A stretch of DNA of 64,000 bases, from assembly GCA_011109175.1 (NCBI GenBank), contig RDEW01000025.1, positions 279,990-343,989 on the forward strand. The letters run 5' to 3'. Positions 1 to 13,900 of this stretch are shown here, piece by piece. Numbering within the stretch: the stretch's first letter is position 1; every line of letters begins with the position of its first letter. Made by a program: the position numbers and the translations under genes. This stretch comes from Dicyema japonicum. Lineage: Eukaryota > Animalia > Dicyemida. The notes below the pieces were generated by a model that searched no databases, was not told the origin of the DNA, and saw only the letters and a program-made list of their open reading frames with translations.

Positions 1-394
1 TAAACTTGGTTTGCTAAATATTCATCGCTAAGGTTGAATTTTAAAATTTTTTAAGAAACAGATCTCTTACAAATCTTCGACTTACTGATCTCTTATAATT
101 TAGCTAACTTGCATTTAATTGTATTAAACTGCTGTGTTGTTCCGGAAGGTATTTGAATTTAGATGCTTGTTGATGCACACTTCCATTCTTTGCTCAGAAC
201 TTGGGGTTTTTAAGCGAATTAGACATTTAGGGCAATAGAGTGTCACCAGTCTTCCGATAAATAAACAGACAGCTGGTTAATAACAAATTTAGTTAATAAT
301 AGTAATTTAAATTATTCTTATATGATAAATTTTGAAAAAAATTACTGAGTGCAGTTTTTTTATCAAATTTGTGAGTTAAGGACAGTAGGAGTAG

Positions 395-1130
395 ATGATT
401 CAGAGATTACTTGGATAAAGAGCTCGTTGGATAAACTGCTCCAAAAGGGGGTGAACTTGAAGAGGAAATAACACCACATGAAGTACAGGTATCAAGCTCA
501 AAGCTGAAAAATGACAAGAACCCGGAAACCGGAGTCACAAATAAAGGACTAAAGTAGCAAACCAAGGATTCACTTTTGCAATACTATTACCATTTCATTC
601 CAGTCAACTTTCCTCTTTCGTCATCAAATAGATCCCACCTGTGAGACAATGAGTCCTTCTGGCACAACATATTATTTGAAAGGGATCTCCCTACCTCTCT
701 CTGACCAAATCATCTAGTGAAGATTACATTATAAAAAACTATTCCACCAAAGAATGAAGTGATGTCCGCGACGGTAGGTCGTGTGATGAAAATTGAAGAG
801 GGCGGACCTACTTCTCAACCTTCACAGTAAGAGTTCAGAAATTCTATTCCACCAAGATATTATATAATATCAGATGCTGTCCACACCCTTGTAACGTAGT
901 GAATCAGGTTCTGATGGACTGCAAATCTGAGACCATAATGTCGGCAGGCCGACGGGAGGATAAAAAGATGGAATTTTCCAAACAGTTATGTTCATTGTAC
1001 GGTCGTTTTGTCTCTTGTAGCAGCAGACAGAGACGGTCATATTTAGTTAGATCGCATACCAGTTGGTGTTTCTTGTAAGGTTGATCAAGTCCTCTGCAAT
1101 TGAAAGATCCCAGAGTGAACGGAAGAAGTC
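395..1130 (+). mobile_element. Highly degenerate non-LTR retrotransposon RT fragment
   Basis: + frame ELEEEITPHEVQVSSSKLKNDKNPETG resembles the IT.EEV..AIKKLKN.KAPG pre-RT motif; many stops; boundaries approximate. Confidence 0.3.
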
Positions 1131-1429
1131 GGTAAGGAATACGAATAAGACATGGGCTCCATTTACCACATGCAATTCAAAAAAAAGTAGATTAACAATT
1201 CAAAAAATCAATAACAAATTATAAAATTATTCGTAAGCGAATAAAAATAAAATATTTAATTTTTAACTAAAAAAATTATCATATATTGATTTTGTTGCAG
1301 GAAAGTGGCGGTCATATATTAGACAAGAACCAAAATTTTTATTATTTTATTTATTTATTTATTTTTATTTTTATTAATTTATTTACACCGGTTCCTACTA
1401 ATGAAAGGATACCTGTCGATAAAAATTTA

Positions 1430-3110
1430 ACTACAATGACAGACGTACCCAGAGATGCAATAGGTTGATCACGTGCTGTAAAAACACAGAAGGCTGACCT
1501 GGACAGAGAAAAGTTGATGGTCATCAATGTCTATCAATCCATGATCGTTTACTTTATATTTTCACGGTGTAACGATTTCCTTAGGTTTGCAGTGGTAAAA
1601 ACTCATTCACTAATGTAATCAAATCTAGGAACAATTAGAAAAAAAGTAATAAAGAAATCCATTCCTTGACTTCCAGAGACGAAGTATCTCTGTCAAGTGC
1701 AGAAGCAGTCTTGTTTCCACAGACGAAGTATCCAGGTCGATGGCAGAACCTGTACCTTTTCTTCTACTCCGTCACAGACTTGAGAATCTTCGAAGGGATA
1801 CTCTTCTGATCTTGTAACCTCGATACATGAAGGGGAATTTCCTGTTCACGTAACATGACTGATGGATGATCAGATGCAGGGTCAGATATAACAAAGGATT
1901 TAGTAAAAGAATCACTTTATTTTCGGACTTAAATAGAAACAGAAATTTCAAAGACTTTCTTGACATATTGAGACATTCAAGGTGGATAAACTAGGAACAA
2001 TCAAAGCAATTCGAGCTTTCGCTTGTTGCTATAGCAACAATGTTGAAGTGAATATGATCTCTATATGCATAACCAGATTTCTCATCAGAAGCTTATACCG
2101 AAGAGGTACGAACCTTCTAGTTGATAGGAGGGCATATTTATTAGAGTGTAAGTTTCACATGAATTTTATAGAAAAATTATTTATGAAAATCTTTCTGCAA
2201 GGAAAAACTGGTGGGGTGTCATGCACTGATATTGGTTGGTACCCGAATTAACTATGGGGAAATAGCGAGAATAATATCGACTATAGAGGAAAAAATTCCG
2301 AATGGCTAACCATCACTTTGAATTTTACCGAAAAGCTTTTTACTGAAGACTCAAATCAGCAGTAAATGATGACATCCAATTGACCAAGTGAAGTTAATTA
2401 TTCTGGAAATTATTTGTGAACCATTACTGAAAATAAGTTTATTATTGTGCAACGGATGATTAGAGTAGAAATATTTAAGTCCCTCCGTGATTTAATGTAC
2501 AACAAAAACGTTATGAACTGAGAATCTATTCTTGGTGACTGGTTCTATACTGTGATTTCTTATCTTCTCCCTTAACGCAAAAGCAGATTATCTTCCAAGG
2601 ATCTACCACTATACCATGCATGAGAGATAATTTTACTAACCATCAAACTCCAAACGCTAATTAAAGTTTTGGTTAAAATCAATGGCCATGAAACTAATTT
2701 TGAATTAAAAGGCTACAGGTTCTTTAACATGAGACACCGTTTGTATCTTATTGGCTGATGACCCTCTATTTCACCCTTTAAAAATCCAAGAGGCACAATC
2801 TTTCGTTAATACAGAAAATTCTCCGGATATGGATGGAAACGTAAAAGTGACTCCGACAACACAACTGCTTTTTTCCTTCCCTCTTTCACTCATATATGTT
2901 ATCCTTCCTGATCTACACATACTCCAAGGTACTTCCGATACTCAGGGTCTTGATTTGGCCCGTATTAACATAGTCATTTATTCTCTTTATTCTACTCATC
3001 CAAAAAACTATAAATTTTCCAAAATAAGCCTCCATATCGGCAACATTTTGTGCCAAAACTATCTTCCAAATTTAAAGAATGGATTAAGGACAGACTCCTG
3101 TTGAACCAAT
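1430..3110 (+). other. Possible multi-exon gene of unknown identity
   Basis: GC-richer block between AT-rich spacers, with intron-like segments such as GTAAGTTTCACATGAATTTTATAG (about 2141-2164) and short open frames; no family recognised and strand not certain. Confidence 0.2.
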
Positions 3111-4789
3111 CTTCTTTACAAAATCTTTGAAACTTGTTTTTTAACACGTATGAACGACTCTCTTTTCGAAACAATCTCTCTTAACCATGTGAGACAAGTA
3201 CTCCTAATATTAAATTTAAAATTTGTTATCTTTTTGTTTTTGTTCAAATTCTTAATTCCTTTTTCCAATTTATTAAAAATTTAAACAAGAGAATCTCCTA
3301 ATTATCAGGATACGGTCAGTTGCGATTCTTCGTTCAGGCGAATCAATATTCATTAGTCCATCAGTCTGTAATACAATCTCAACCGTTTCCTTATCAGCTT
3401 TTGCGACGTGAGGGTGGTTCATAGCTGTGAGCGGTACTTATTTTGTAAAAATTCTTGAAATTCTGCTTTTAAGACAATTTTTCCATAAGTGTTTTGATTT
3501 TTTTCAATAATTAGAGTCAGTTGAGAATACAAAGGTCAACACGAGAATAAGGATACTTCATGGTTGTCAGTATTTCTTTTAATAAGTGTACGCTCGTACC
3601 AGAGTATCGTCCCGGAGTATCGGTTCCGTCAAATAAGATAAGGATATTAGCTTTAGACTTGCAAAAACTCAGGACTAACTGAGAGTTACCCCCATGTTTC
3701 TAAAAGAATATCGAGTGACTAGTCAGTCTCCAAAGGAAATCGGCCATCAACATAATTTTACTTTCGACTGCATTCCGCGGTCCCTTATAACAAAAGATCT
3801 TTACGGCAGATTTTCATACGGTAAACATTAAACAAAGTCATAATCGAAGTACCCCAAATGAACGATAAATTTTCTCAACCTTCAAAGATCAAACCTGGAC
3901 CTCAGAAAAAATGTCAACTTGTCAAATGATCAATCCGGGTCAGGAAGTGGCCAAGGACAATATAATTTGCTGTCAACTACTCCATTGAGTTATTTCTGAA
4001 AGAGTTCCTATAACTGTTATTCTGGATAGACTTGAAAGTCAAAACCATCCTATAAAGTTAAAATATGGTGGAGACAATACAAATATACTTCTCCCAAATG
4101 TTTACATATCACATGATCCGCATTTTTTTGACAGCCTAGTCACCTCATGTAGGGTGATTCGAATTGAGATCATTCGCATTCGACAGAGGAAAATGGAAAA
4201 GACTAACTATAAATATTGTTTCTTTGAGTGTTGCACATGCAGGGCTATAATAATTATGGCTTTCGTGAAAGTGCCATAATAATAACGTGGAAAAAGTTTT
4301 TCGTTGGTAATGCGTGTGCTCATTGATAATCCGAATATCTATTTGTGAGCGAAAGAACTTTGTTCTTATTTTAAAAAAAAAAAACTTGATCAATCAATTT
4401 GGTATTCGAAAAAAGATGCCATAAGAAATTATTTTCTAAAAAGTGAAGTTAACTAGTGGTTCTCAACATCGCCCAAATTAGCGTTGGAATTTTCACTTTT
4501 TGGAGGTGGAATTCTAAATTTTGGCGTTGGATTTTAATTATTGATTTTTTTTTTTTATAGAAAGAACGAAAGTATTATTGGAAAGTAAAAATAGAATAAA
4601 TTGTTATTTAATGAAATAAAATTAAACAACTAATATTTTTAGAGAGCTACCATAGATTATTAAGAAGCGTAAACTTAATTTCTTAATTCGTAATTACCAA
4701 AGTAGATTCTTATCGTTTGGGTTTATTCTTGAATTATCAAATTAATTTAATATTTATTTATTTTTAAAAATTATTTTATAAGTGTGATT

Positions 4790-5830
4790 CCCTTTTAATG
4801 GAATACTCTGATTGCCTCAAAAGATGTACTGAATTCGTACTTAACGTTTCCCTTGACACCCCTGGATGGATACAGACTCAATTACCGATATCATTGGGTG
4901 TAATCGGTCTTACTACTCCCTGTCAAATTGCTGGCCCGGCGTATTTTGCCTCAAAACTTTAATGCAAAAACCAAGTGGACTCAATTCTTTCAAAGCTTCC
5001 ATCTCGGAAACTGTCCAATGACTTGGTTGAATACATGGACGTGTGGCGGAGTGAAGGGCTTAGCGAGCCGCGTAATCCAGACCAACAATCGTCTCGGATG
5101 ATCCATAGAAGGAATGCTCTGGCATCCAACCTAGTCAGCCGGCTCTCTGGACATCGCCTGGACTGTTTCCAAAATTTGAGGGTGGCGGTTGATGGATCTT
5201 GGCTTGGGGTTTACCCATGTCAAGAAGTTGGTGGATTGTTGGATGATGACTCCCTTCGTACAGCTGTATGTCTACATCTCGGATTGCCTGTTTGCACCAA
5301 ATCGAAGTGCAAATGTGGCTGTCTATCGGACGAAACTGGGTCTCCACCTCCTCTCATGCCGGAGCGGAATTGGCAGATCTTCTCGACATTCGGCAATGAA
5401 CGGCATCATTAAGAGGGCATTAGAATCGGCTGGATTCCGTTGCCGGATCGAACCGACTGGTCTATTTGACAACGGAAGACGCCCTGACGGCATGACCTCC
5501 TTTCCTTTCGAGCGAGAACGAAACCTTGTATGGGATGTGACCTGTGTCTGCTCTTTCGCCCCAAGCAAAAAAAATAATTCACCGGGCAGACCTTCTTCTC
5601 AAGCAGAGGAAATGAAAAATTCTAAGTATTCGGATATCAGCGACAGGTACATTTTCGCACCTGTACTGTTCATTCGGGGAACTTTGGCCCTAAAACGCTG
5701 AAGTTCCTGAATCATCTTGGAAAACTACTATCCGACAAAACTGGTGATCTTCGTGAGACGAGATGTCTCAAGGAGAGGCTCTCGTTGGCTGTTGTCCGTG
5801 GGAATAGCTTATGCATCTCCCAACAGCTGA
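4790..5830 (+). mobile_element. CRE-like non-LTR retrotransposon, 3' part (Zn knuckle + REL endonuclease), frameshifted
   Basis: ORFs 4975-5412 and 5189-5701: LDDDSLRTAVCLHLG..CKCG..GLHLLSC..GRSSRHSAMNGIIKRALESAG..EPTGL..GRRPDG..LVWDVTC..KNSKYSDI, typical of the CRE-clade C-terminus. Confidence 0.75.
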
Positions 5831-5879
5831 ATTATTAAAATTAAAATTAACTATTCTTTTTCCTTATAATAAAATAAAA

Positions 5880-6250
5880 TTATTTTAATATGGCGAACCT
5901 TTAATAAATTAATGCACTATTTGACATGCACTCGTCACATTTTTGTGGTCGACTATTTTGGTATCCGGTGTATCTTTTTTTCTAGGTATTATAATATATT
6001 TTCTTCAAATTATCTATATAATATTTTGGATTATCAAATAGTGTTGAAGGCTGTTGTCAAAGTGTCTAAAAATATATATTTTGGTAACCTACAATATGGA
6101 TTGTTCTCTACTATTTGAATTTTCTTTAATAATTGGTATCAGTCTTCCAGATTTTATGCTTATTTTCAAAAAATTTATATTTTTATCAGATAATTATATA
6201 CCTCCATACAACGACGTGTCTTTGTATATTGGTATCTTCTGACGGATTTT
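5880..6250. repeat. Dispersed repeat, copy 1 (copy 2 at about 24710-25000); probable decayed DNA transposon
   Basis: Shared blocks with copy 2, e.g. ATGGCgAACCT, ttttgtggtcg, caaatagtgt.gaaggctgtt.tcaaa.tgtctaa, ggtaacctacaa..tatggatt.ttctctactatttga. Confidence 0.65.
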
Positions 6251-6954
6251 TATCTACCTTTATTCTTAACTTAAATTTAGAGAGAAAGGATTAATTTTCA
6301 CTCAAACTTGTATCCATTGATTCTGGTCCTTCATCCAACATGTTTTAATGAAAAATTTAGGTAAATTTTACATTTGGACTCTGTACTGTTCATGCCCCAT
6401 GAGACACATAAAAAGGGAAACTATTTGAAATGAATGGCCCCATATTACTAAGTAGTCCAACTGAATATGGATTGTAATGGTCGGTTACTGATCACTTTGC
6501 TTTGTTGTCTCTTCTCTGCTATTATAGGTGAGAGAGTTTCGTTAATCTTAGGCAAATTCCAACACGATAAGATTCCGTATTCGAGAATGTAATATCAATT
6601 TGATAAAGTGGGATTACAAAATCTTGTTTGAACCTGCAATGAAAGTTACAAATCAATTTCCATGACATATTTCATTGCACAAATTGATTGACCTTATGCT
6701 AATTTCCTCAGATGTTGGAGTTTCTAGTCAAACTTGAAGGAGGTTATATATTCTACGTTAGATGTTATTGCACAGCTCTGTATTGTTAAAAATTTCATGG
6801 CAATTCTATAGTAGAGCTTGATTTATAGAATTTTGATGTCAACCCGTTAAAGATTTTAATTTTTGCGAAATATTCAGTTTCTCTTAGCGACTTCTCCATA
6901 TTTTCATTAGAAGAACCATACGAGTGCCGTACTATTCTTATTGTCCCCACTAAA

Positions 6955-7185
6955 GGAGAGGCCCATATTTTGTAATTATAACAAATTTCGAAAATGGAAG
7001 ATTTGGTTGTTAAAAGTTGCTTTAAATACCCTAAACATAAACTCTTCTCTTCGAGCCATCATTGGAAGAACAAGATGAGTGTGTACTTTTCTTTTTGTCC
7101 CCACATAGGAGAGGCCCGTATTTCGTAATTTTATCAAATTTCGAAAATGTGAGACTTGGTTGTTAAAAGTGCCTTGAAAATTTTT
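6955..7185 (+). repeat. Local tandem duplication, period about 153 nt
   Basis: ggagaggccc.tatttt..taatt.ta.caaatttcgaaaatg..aga.ttggttgttaaaagt occurs at about 6955 and about 7108. Confidence 0.75.
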
Positions 7186-7420
7186 TTATGGATTATGTCC
7201 CTTGTAGGTTCCTACAATCCGACAACGGCACAGAGTTCAAGAACGGTCATATCAGAAAATTGTGTCAGGATTACAGAATTATCCAAATCCATGGAAGACC
7301 TAACAATCCCCAGAGTCAAGGGATTGTTGAAAGATTCAACCAGACAATCTCACGGAGTTTATCGAAAATGATAAACGCTTTAAAAAAGATATTTATCAAT
7401 AATTAGTTATGGCTTTCTGA
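7156..7420 (+). mobile_element. DDE integrase (rve) fragment, Ginger/Gypsy-like
   Basis: ORF 7188-7406 FLQSDNGTEFKN..HGRPNNPQSQGIVERFNQTI contains the SDNG.EF and P..PQSQG.VER integrase motifs. Confidence 0.75.
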
Positions 7421-7736
7421 GACCGTCTGTAAAAGTTCTATAGTTATAATGAATTGGTTACTTTGCATCCTTCGCAAGTTGTAAGTCCATAGTGAACCCC
7501 CGATGACCTTTCTCCACAAACCTTACAAGGTGGTTTCTCGTAGCAATCTAAACAATGCCAGATTTGTCAAAATAAATTTTTTATTTACAAAATATATGAT
7601 TGACGCATTTTAGCAGTTTGGAATAAGTTAAATTGATTTTGATAAAAAGAACAAACACATAAATGTTTTGATAAATCAATGTTATTTACTTTAACTAAAT
7701 TATATCTCAAAAATAACGAATAAATTAACTAATTAA

Positions 7737-8400
7737 TTAATTAAGCGTATTTTGATCCAGATTGTTGGTAATCCCTCTTCTTCTCTTAGAAGAAGAGTGT
7801 GCCATAACCTCCCTGTTACTCCGCATCTCCACATCATATTCAGTCAAAATATCTCCGTTAGAGTCCAGTGGGTTGTCTCCACGGCATGCCAGTTCCACAA
7901 GTTGGGAGGTAGCAGAGGCGTACTCTTCATCGTATACCTTCATCCCATGCTTATGTTCAATGAGCATACTTTCGAGCGTTCTCTTCAGTACAACCGATTG
8001 GATGTAAGTCCTCGTTGATTCTTCAATAGATAATTTATCCATATGATTCTTGAAGCATCTTGAGACAACTCCATCCCATGTCAAAACCACTGGAATAATC
8101 TTCACTTGGCATTCATAGAGCAGCGAAAGTTCATTTGCTAGCAAGTCATATTTGTGAAGTTTCTCAACTTCAACTTGCTTTAGTCGATCTTGTGAGGTAA
8201 TCCCCACTTCAATTAACGTTACTTCCTTCCTTATTTTGTCATACACGAAAATATCAGGTTTATTGTATTGGACTTTTGTTTCTGTCAAAATCGACGTGTC
8301 AACTCTAATTTCGACATTTTGATTCGTCAATATTGACTGAACCGAATGTCCTTTCAATTTCCTGCTTCTTTTGATTCCATAAATTCGACTAATTTTTTCT
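7737..8400 (-). mobile_element. R4/NeSL-like non-LTR retrotransposon C-terminus (REL endonuclease)
   Basis: NKPDIFVYDK..VTLIEVGIT..EVEKLHKYDLLANEL..IIPVVLTWDG: PD..D..E..K-Y restriction-like endonuclease motif. Confidence 0.8.
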
Positions 8401-8689
8401 CAACGCTATATGATTCAGAAAGCCTAACAGTAATGAAAACATATTTTCCTACAATTTTGGGAATAGTGGTTTGATTACATTCGACACTCGGAAGTAAGAA
8501 ATCGGCTCGTTTTTAAAGTGAATTTCAAGTTCTCGTCATTAATTCAATTAGTTCTTGCATTTCTTCCAAATTAAACCCGGATGATAACCACCGATTTATC
8601 ATGCGTAAAACCAAACAAAAAATCGTAAAACCAAACTTCTCCCCCAATAAAAAAGCGCCCCAAATACAGAGGGTGCCCAAATACAAGTT

Positions 8690-9350
8690 AGTTAAGTTAA
8701 TGCACATCCGTGTTACCAGTAAACAGTGATTATGGTTTTGCTTGTGCCATGTTTAGTATTCTCGCCGTTAGCCTTCTCCATCCTTTTCGTTGGCGTGCTC
8801 ACTCACTGATTTCGTCCAGATCGTCTGTATCCACCAATCGGCCCCCGATCACAGCATAATCTTCCGCAAGTGTCCTGGGAAGACAGCTTCTAGGACGTCC
8901 TCTGAATGTAGAAAATTCAGCATGTCCGAAAAATTCTTACATGGCGGCATTGTGTTTCTTTACCCATCCATAGAATATGTAGAAAAAGGCGCCGGCGGGC
9001 TTCAAGTACGTTCAGACTTATTGGTCCACAATCAGTCTGTATAATTTATTGTTTGAGATTTTCTTTGGCCAAGAGTATCCAAGTAGTTTTTTAGGCCAGA
9101 AAATCCAAGGAGCCTCTGTGAAATGAGTCGAGTTGTTCCATGTCTTTGATGTTACCCAAGTACCTGCGTTGTACATGAGGACTGGTCGGAAAAATCCATT
9201 ATATAAGCGTAACCACATCTTAGTAGGAATTTGATTCTTTTTCATCAAAATTGATTGTAATTTTTTAAGTGCTAGTGTGGCCAGTATCTTTCGTCTTGTG
9301 ATATCTTGTGAATCGCCAAGTAAAATACAGTAAAATAATTTATCCATTTT
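8690..9350 (-). mobile_element. RTE-like LINE 3' fragment with (TAAC)n-like tail
   Basis: ORF 9018-9347 ..RLYNGFFRPVLMYNAGTW..GYSWPKKISNNKLY; tail TAACTTAACTAACTT on the - strand at about 8686-8700. Confidence 0.65.
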
Positions 9351-9429
9351 TCAATAATATTTTTTAATTTTTTTAATTAAATATCATGTTACAAATAAAA
9401 AGGCGATTTTATTTATTAATTAAAAATAA

Positions 9430-10510
9430 CCCGGTTAAGTGAAGAAGGACCCAGCTTCATACAGACCGGTCGCGTTATTGTGTTCGGTGTCGAAAATTCT
9501 GAAAAGGCTGGTTCTTGCGAAAACCAAAAATTTGTCATTTCAACATGGTTTTAAAGAGGAGAGGTCTACTTCAACCCACATATCTGCATTGACTAACTTT
9601 ATACGATATGGCTTTTCGCACAGGCCGGAACACATGAAGACTGTACTTTGCTCCATAGACATCCACAAGCTTTTGACTCGGTGTCAAGGAGGATTCTTAC
9701 TTGGAAAATTTACCAAACAAAGATCCCTGGAAAGTTCAAAATCTGGCTAGCTAACTTCCTTAGTGGTCGGAGGGAACGCGTCTGCATTGCCAGTCAAGGT
9801 CTATTTCACGACTTCTTCCTAATGGTGTTCCCAAAGATCCCCTTTGTCTCCAGTTTTATTCAACCTATTCATGGTGGACCTCCCCACTCCAGACGCCAAA
9901 AATAATATTATTCTAACTTATGCCGACGACATCGTATTGCGTCACGCGATCAGGACATCCAGATTGCTACTTCGAATTGCAAGAAAACCTGGACCGTCTT
10001 GACGAATGGCTATCGAAGAATCGCCTAACTGCCAGCAGTGAAAAGTCTGTCACAACCCTATTTACTTCAGACAAGAGACTGGGAAGACGGAAGGTCGAAA
10101 AAGCAAACAATGAAGCTATTCCTTTCAGAAAATCCCAAAGGATCCTTGGGGTGACTTTTGACATGCATATGTCATTCTCTCCCCATTTGAAAACGTAATT
10201 ACAAAATGCGAAAAAAAACTAATGTTCTGAGATGCCTCACATGCTTCTGGAATATCAAAAAGCATTCTGTTTTGAGCACTGTATATAAACAGTTCATTGA
10301 ACCATGCATCTCTTATGCATGTGGTATATGGGGACTATTCATCTCTTGGACGAATGTCTTGAAGATCGAGGCTAGTCGGAAAAGAGCCTCCAAAATCACG
10401 GAACGCTGGATTTCTGGAGAGTTCCAGCCACCAATGCCTCTTGAAGTCTTGATACGAATGAACCATGGAACGCGCCGTCATAGTCAAAACTCGTCATGCT
10501 CTTCATAAAA
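9430..10510 (+). mobile_element. Jockey/CR1-type LINE reverse transcriptase, frameshifted
   Basis: DPASYRPVALLCSVSKILKRL, FQHGFK..RST, AFDSV, YADD-like region, ILGVTFD, LSTVYKQFIEPCISYACGIWG across successive frames. Confidence 0.8.
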
Positions 10511-10519
10511 TATTTAATT

Positions 10520-10900
10520 GAATTTTTGTCGCAGAAATTTTTTTCATCAGAAATTGCTTTAAAGGATTGTTCGTGACGTTTCTTAAAACGATCGAGCCAT
10601 CCATTTGAGCCTTTGAAATTTTTTAAATTTATCCAAGTCGCGATAGTTCTGGAAATGTTTTTAATTAAATATCCGGAAACTGAAATCCGGGAAACTGAAT
10701 TTAATTAAATATCCGGAAACTGAATCGAATCTCTTTCTAGTCTCCATTTTTATTCTAGTTACTGTTCCATCCTCACTTTATACATCTTAGATATTCCCTT
10801 TCGGACAGAGTTCTTTCTAAGGCTTCAAATTTTTTGTTCAAGGCACAAAAAAGCTTATTGGTATGGCTTAAAATGGCACACTATAATTTAGAATATAAAA
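10520..10900 (-). mobile_element. pogo/Tigger transposase remnant (CENP-B-type HTH)
   Basis: The - strand encodes FKGSNGWLDRF; reverse-complement similarity to about 56990-57170. Confidence 0.6.
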
Positions 10901-11025
10901 TAAATAAAATTTTTATTTAATAAAATGACGTAATCTTGCAAGTTTAGTGAAATTTGATTTATTATTATGCACGTTAGCAGCAAGAAAGTTGTATTCTTTT
11001 AATTCTGAATTTATGTTAATTCAAT

Positions 11026-11340
11026 TTAATAACCCGGATACATCGAGTAAGAAGTTAAAAGTTAATTAGTTAAGTGTATCCAGTTTCCACTGTTACGGAA
11101 ACAGAGTCCATCAGGAACCAGCATAAAAGGCAAAAGAAGTCCATTACTTGCCGTTGTGGAAACCCCTCCAGTGGAGTGGGGGAGAGCAAATGATCCTCTT
11201 TCGTGCCAGCTTAGAACTGGGAGCCACCTGAGACAGGTGGATCACATGACGCCACTCTAATAGGAAGGAAAAGACATAACAAACACTAAACTTCAATCAA
11301 GTAGCCACGTCACCACATAGCGCCACGTGGCGATTCAAAT
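11026..11340 (-). repeat. SINE-like non-coding repeat, copy 1 (copy 2 at 27508-27800)
   Basis: Colinear similarity with copy 2 over about 300 nt, the same 5' start (TGGCGCyATGTGGTG) and the same 3' end (aactggatacacttaact...ctcg.tgtatccggg). Confidence 0.65.
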
Positions 11341-11456
11341 ATTTTTTAGCATCTGAAAACAAATTTTGTCCAAATATATGGGAATAGCCAATCTATGATT
11401 CAATTCAAAATCTTTATTAAATCAACCAAAATTAAATATTTTAAACCCTAAAAGAT

Positions 11457-12336
11457 CTAGCTTCTTCGATTTCCGTGGTTGATGTAACCGGGGAATGAAC
11501 TGTTTGAATCTTGGATTTTTTGCTGGAAACATTTCGCTATGAAGACGTTAAAGGCCAAAAACACAAAAAAGAGGTAAGAAAGGGCCCAGACGGTAGATAA
11601 CTTGGTGTATAATCCGTTTGTACTCTGTTTATCAGGAAGATAATAAAATTCATAATTTGGTATGGAAGGCAGGTGAGAACAGTCAGTACCCCAATAAAGA
11701 CGACTAAATTATGGAATCGTTGTTTTGTATTTTGTTCTCTGATGGCCAAATGAAAGATCACTGAGGTTGACCAGGGCTTCGGTTTCATTCCGTAGAAGAA
11801 AATGAAGACAATCTGATTTATCATGACAAAATGTGGAGTGTAAATCATGAAGATTGTGAAAATCACTGGATAATGATTCTTTAAAAACTTGAGTCAATGG
11901 TCACGTGGTATTTTATCAACTTGGGTGCGAAGATGACTGCGGATAGTAAATATATGAACAAGAGGACCAGATATCTGGTGGAGTTAGTGATTCTGTAGAA
12001 CGTCTGCTTCTTGTTTGAGACGGTGTGTTCACACAAGGCCGCGACTATTATCCACGGGATCACAGAAAAGAAGTAGTCCAGGATGTCTTTGGATAGCCTC
12101 ATTTGGTATTCCGCCAATTCTTAACTAAACAAGGGATACTACCGATGATATGATGATAAAGTACACTCCACACAAGAAGGTGTAGAGTAGATTCGCTGAG
12201 AGCAGATTAGTGAAAGTGTAGCAGTGTAATAGACCCGGATTTTACAGTAACAGACCAAAGATTTGGTTCCCATGGCAATGTTGAGTAGAATAAGGTAGAA
12301 CTTGATAACCCATAAGATAGAATCCGTGATGATCAT
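11457..12336 (-). CDS. Divergent class-A-like 7TM receptor (peptide-receptor-like), reconstructed across 1-nt frameshifts
   Basis: Seven hydrophobic segments in GPCR order: IITDSILWVIKFYLILLNIAMG; YTFTNLLSANLLYTFL; YFFSVIPWIIVAALCEH; YLVLLFIYLLSAVIFAPKL; VIFTIFMIYTPHFVMINQI; LVVFIGVLTVLTCLPYQI; a TM7-like tail. Frameshifts fall in A or T homopolymers (about 12240 and about 11882). Confidence 0.55.
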
Positions 12337-13629
12337 TACTCTTAATTCTATGAAACGTGAATTATAATATATTCCGTTATTCTAATTAAGATGAGTTATC
12401 ATTACTTAATCGATTCGGCCGGATTATTTACCTGGATGATGCAGCTTTCAGGGAAATCTTAACACGTGGGTAGTCCTCTCTGTTTTGCTGGTTTATTAAA
12501 AATTGATTGCTGTTGTCTCCATGCAACTCCACCTGGATTTTTGCGGATTTATTGTGAACAGCCATAGAATCGTCCTATAATCGACGTGACCTTTTTGAAC
12601 TCTCGGACATGAAAGGCTATCACAACACGTCATGATGACCTTCACTGGAAAGCGCTAGTATGGGGTACCATGTGTACTGACACTTTCGTATCGATATACC
12701 CCACTCTACCGGATTGTTTCCGACAACTGGAAGAACTGGACTTTTTCTTCTATTTCCGGTGGTTCTGGATGGACTTTTGTGACATTGGAAAAACTTTCTG
12801 TCTGTGGACCGTCGGAACTAGAGATATTTAATTAGTTGTGACTCAGATATCTCCCTTCTTGAAGAGATTCCCTCGACCATGGACCCCCGTACTATTGAAG
12901 GCCACCAGCCTTCTGGGCGATTAACTAAAGTAAGGTTGAATATGATTCTGAAGATAAAGTTATATTCGAATATTTTTTTTCATCCCCCTAGTCCAAGTCT
13001 CTTCACTCCCTTAACCAAAATCTCTCTGAAAATCAATATCTTCTTTCTGATAATGCAATCTTTTCGTTTAGTCTATGAGTAGGTCAACAATAAACTCAGA
13101 CTTCCACGTGCTTTTTCTATCCTGACACTGCTCTTCCTAATTCTAAAAGAGTTGACCTCCTTTGCGGGAGGCGGATTCGAGCTTTGGGAATCTGACAAGC
13201 CAGAAATTCAGAATCGGGCCTCGGTGACCTCGCTGAGTCTCCTTGAAGTCAGAGATATGGAGTACATCGTGTCATTTTAGAAACAGATTGTTGTCACTCA
13301 CTCAAGTTATTATATTCTGGTTGGTTCTTACTAGGATTTTGATATTTCTTGTTGACGCATGGACTTGGTCAGGGCTCTACAATCGTAATTCGTATGCCTG
13401 ATAATACCCCTTGATGCTCATCAATTTGATTTATTCTGTCTTTGGAGTTCAAACCAAGTTAATAATAACTCCAACTGGCTATAACTTGAGGGTGATGCGT
13501 GTCCAATATTCTGGAAAAACCATTCAATACTCTCTTCCGTGTTTATTAGCCAAAGTGTTAAGGTAATTTCATAAACGTGAGCCTTACATTAAGTAAAAGT
13601 ATAAATTAATATGTCAAAAATGACAATTC

Positions 13630-13900
13630 TTACCTCACTTTTTCTCCAAGTTGATTTTTTAACAAGGAACGTCCTTAATTTCGAATGTGTCCTTTAAATA
13701 GAGCAACCATAGTAGAACATCTAATGAAGTTTTAGAACATCTTCTTCTTAACGATTGATCTGGTTGGGTTTGTTCCCCAAGCGGCACAACCAAAACTGAT
13801 GGTTGAGTCTATAAATTAGGTATACAGGGGACCTAACGTTGAATCGGTCTATCGCTTGAAACCATTTATTATTATTACCCCAGGATCACGGGGTTAAAAG
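13630..13900 (-). mobile_element. LINE RT C-terminal fragment
   Basis: - frame LYT*FIDSTISFGCAAWGTN matches the LY..YIEP.ISY.C..WG motif of other LINE copies. Confidence 0.45.

Noticed and set aside
11080-11125. Hammerhead-like core in the SINE-like repeat
   Set aside because: CUGAUGG in copy 1 and CGGAUGG in copy 2 break the CUGANGA core; there is no stem I.
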